A stretch of DNA of 63,998 bases, the filler included, from Dicyema japonicum (taxonomy: Eukaryota; Animalia; Dicyemida): the NCBI GenBank assembly GCA_011109175.1. It is 10 parts of 10 records of this genome, joined end to end, with 100 filler letters (N's around TTAATTAATTAA, not from the genome) between each part and the next. Parts side by side here need not be neighbours in the genome. Positions count along the whole stretch, not along the records: positions 62,745 to 63,998 come from RDEW01000244.1; 9 more parts are not named here. One strand, 5' to 3'. The notes under the pieces are model-generated. The model was not told where the DNA came from, made no database searches, and was given only the letters and a program-made list of their open reading frames with translations. A program made the position numbers and the translations under genes. How positions within the stretch are numbered: position 1 is the stretch's first letter; each line of letters opens with the position of its first letter. This document shows positions 63,125 to 63,998 of this stretch, piece after piece.

Positions 63125-63683
63125 ATGAGTTCTAACATGAAAATCATCAGAGTTAAACGTAAACTAAGTGATGATCCTAATGGTTGGGTTAATGAGTACA
63201 ATAAACGCCAAAGACTGATCACAGGCGAGGCAAATTCACGGCTTCACTATGCGGGAACGTCAGCTGACAAGGTATTCGCCCATTTTACTCTCAGAATGAA
63301 ATCACCTGTCTTGCAATAAGTGAACTCTGTCCTTCTGCCAACACCACTGTTAATGTCGTTGACTGTACCAACATGGAAGAAATCGAGGAAGTATATGGAG
63401 TCGATGACTACGGAGTATTACCCCCTCTTTAATCTTAGATCGATGTTATTACGTGCAACAATCTTCCAATGGTTTCCGTCAGTAATGACTGTGAGGACGA
63501 GGAGTATGTGTTTGATGTGTTTTACTGGATGAATGACGAGTACCCATGTTATTGCATTTTAGGTTGGATCACGAGTCTTCGGGCACCTTGGACTACCCTG
63601 ATGAGGATGAGTCGAGTTATGAGTACTCCTCTTTTGGAAATGATGAAATGATCTTTGATTCGGAAGATACTGATTATAATTGA
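63125..63683 (+). CDS. SLC7A6OS: RNA polymerase II nuclear import factor Iwr1/SLC7A6OS, 162 aa after splicing
   Basis: Introns 63272-63294, 63415-63438 and 63540-63562 (23-24 nt) give a continuous frame: 'IIRVKRK..KRQR..HYAGT..ITCNNLPMV..EEYVFDVFY..DYPDEDE'. These resemble Iwr1-family motifs as I recall them. Confidence 0.78.
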
Positions 63684-63998
63684 TTTTTACATAATTTTTG
63701 TTTTATTATTTGTCTATTGGGGGGTGTTAGATCGGGTTATTAGTTGCTACTCTCGACACTATTCGAATGAGGAGACCGTAAGACTTAAAAAGGCTCATTA
63801 TTATCAACAAACGTGGAATCATGTGCTAAAATTATATGTGTGCCGTACCTAGGTGATCTTGCTCGCTAATCCCCTGCGGCCTCCTCTGTTTGAAGCCAGG
63901 CTCCTGAGATCAGAATGTTCTATCAACTTTTTTTAGTCAGTTTTTTTATTCAGCGATTAAGCTTATTTAACTCCAACATGAGAATAATAGACACAAAA

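Noticed and set aside
1-63998. Alternative nuclear genetic code
   Set aside because: Four reconstructed host genes or fragments translate without internal stops under the standard code; stops in TE copies are explained by decay, apart from the shared TAA listed as a finding.
1-63998. tRNA, rRNA, snRNA or SL-RNA genes as CRE targets
   Set aside because: No recognisable cloverleaf, rRNA or SL motif seen by eye; a covariance-model scan (Infernal/Rfam) would be needed to exclude them.

Overview
AT-rich, transposon-dense animal genomic scaffold (a Co-SMAD gene is present). It has one ~865-nt N gap and nine artificial 100-nt gap spacers (N44-TTAATTAATTAA-N44). Host genes are hidden from the ORF track because they are split by 22-35 nt GT-AG micro-introns. 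After manual splicing I reconstruct a tandem C-type-lectin-like gene (<1-905), an intact classical dynamin (16103-19115, minus, ~19 introns), the MH1 half of SMAD4/Medea (21624-22057) and Iwr1/SLC7A6OS (63125-63683). Such tiny introns at ancestral positions suggest a reduced parasitic metazoan such as a dicyemid or myxozoan; this is inference and cannot be settled from the window. Most of the rest is degenerate, nested mobile DNA: about 11 pieces of a CRE-clade RLE retrotransposon with an N-terminal PHD finger, RTE-like, I/Jockey-like and R4-like LINEs, Ginger-like integrase transposons that carry micro-introns, hAT and pogo MITEs with visible TIRs/TSDs, and a Tc1/IS630 transposase. Most notable: repeated twin-priming-type 5' inversions in CRE copies, intron-bearing integrase transposons, a 52-bp retro-insertion made only of a 3' hairpin plus (CAA)n tail, and an R4-like element that from memory resembles microsporidian retroelements. 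Many ~80-250 bp tandem duplications look like assembly artefacts. No rRNA, tRNA or CRISPR array is supported.
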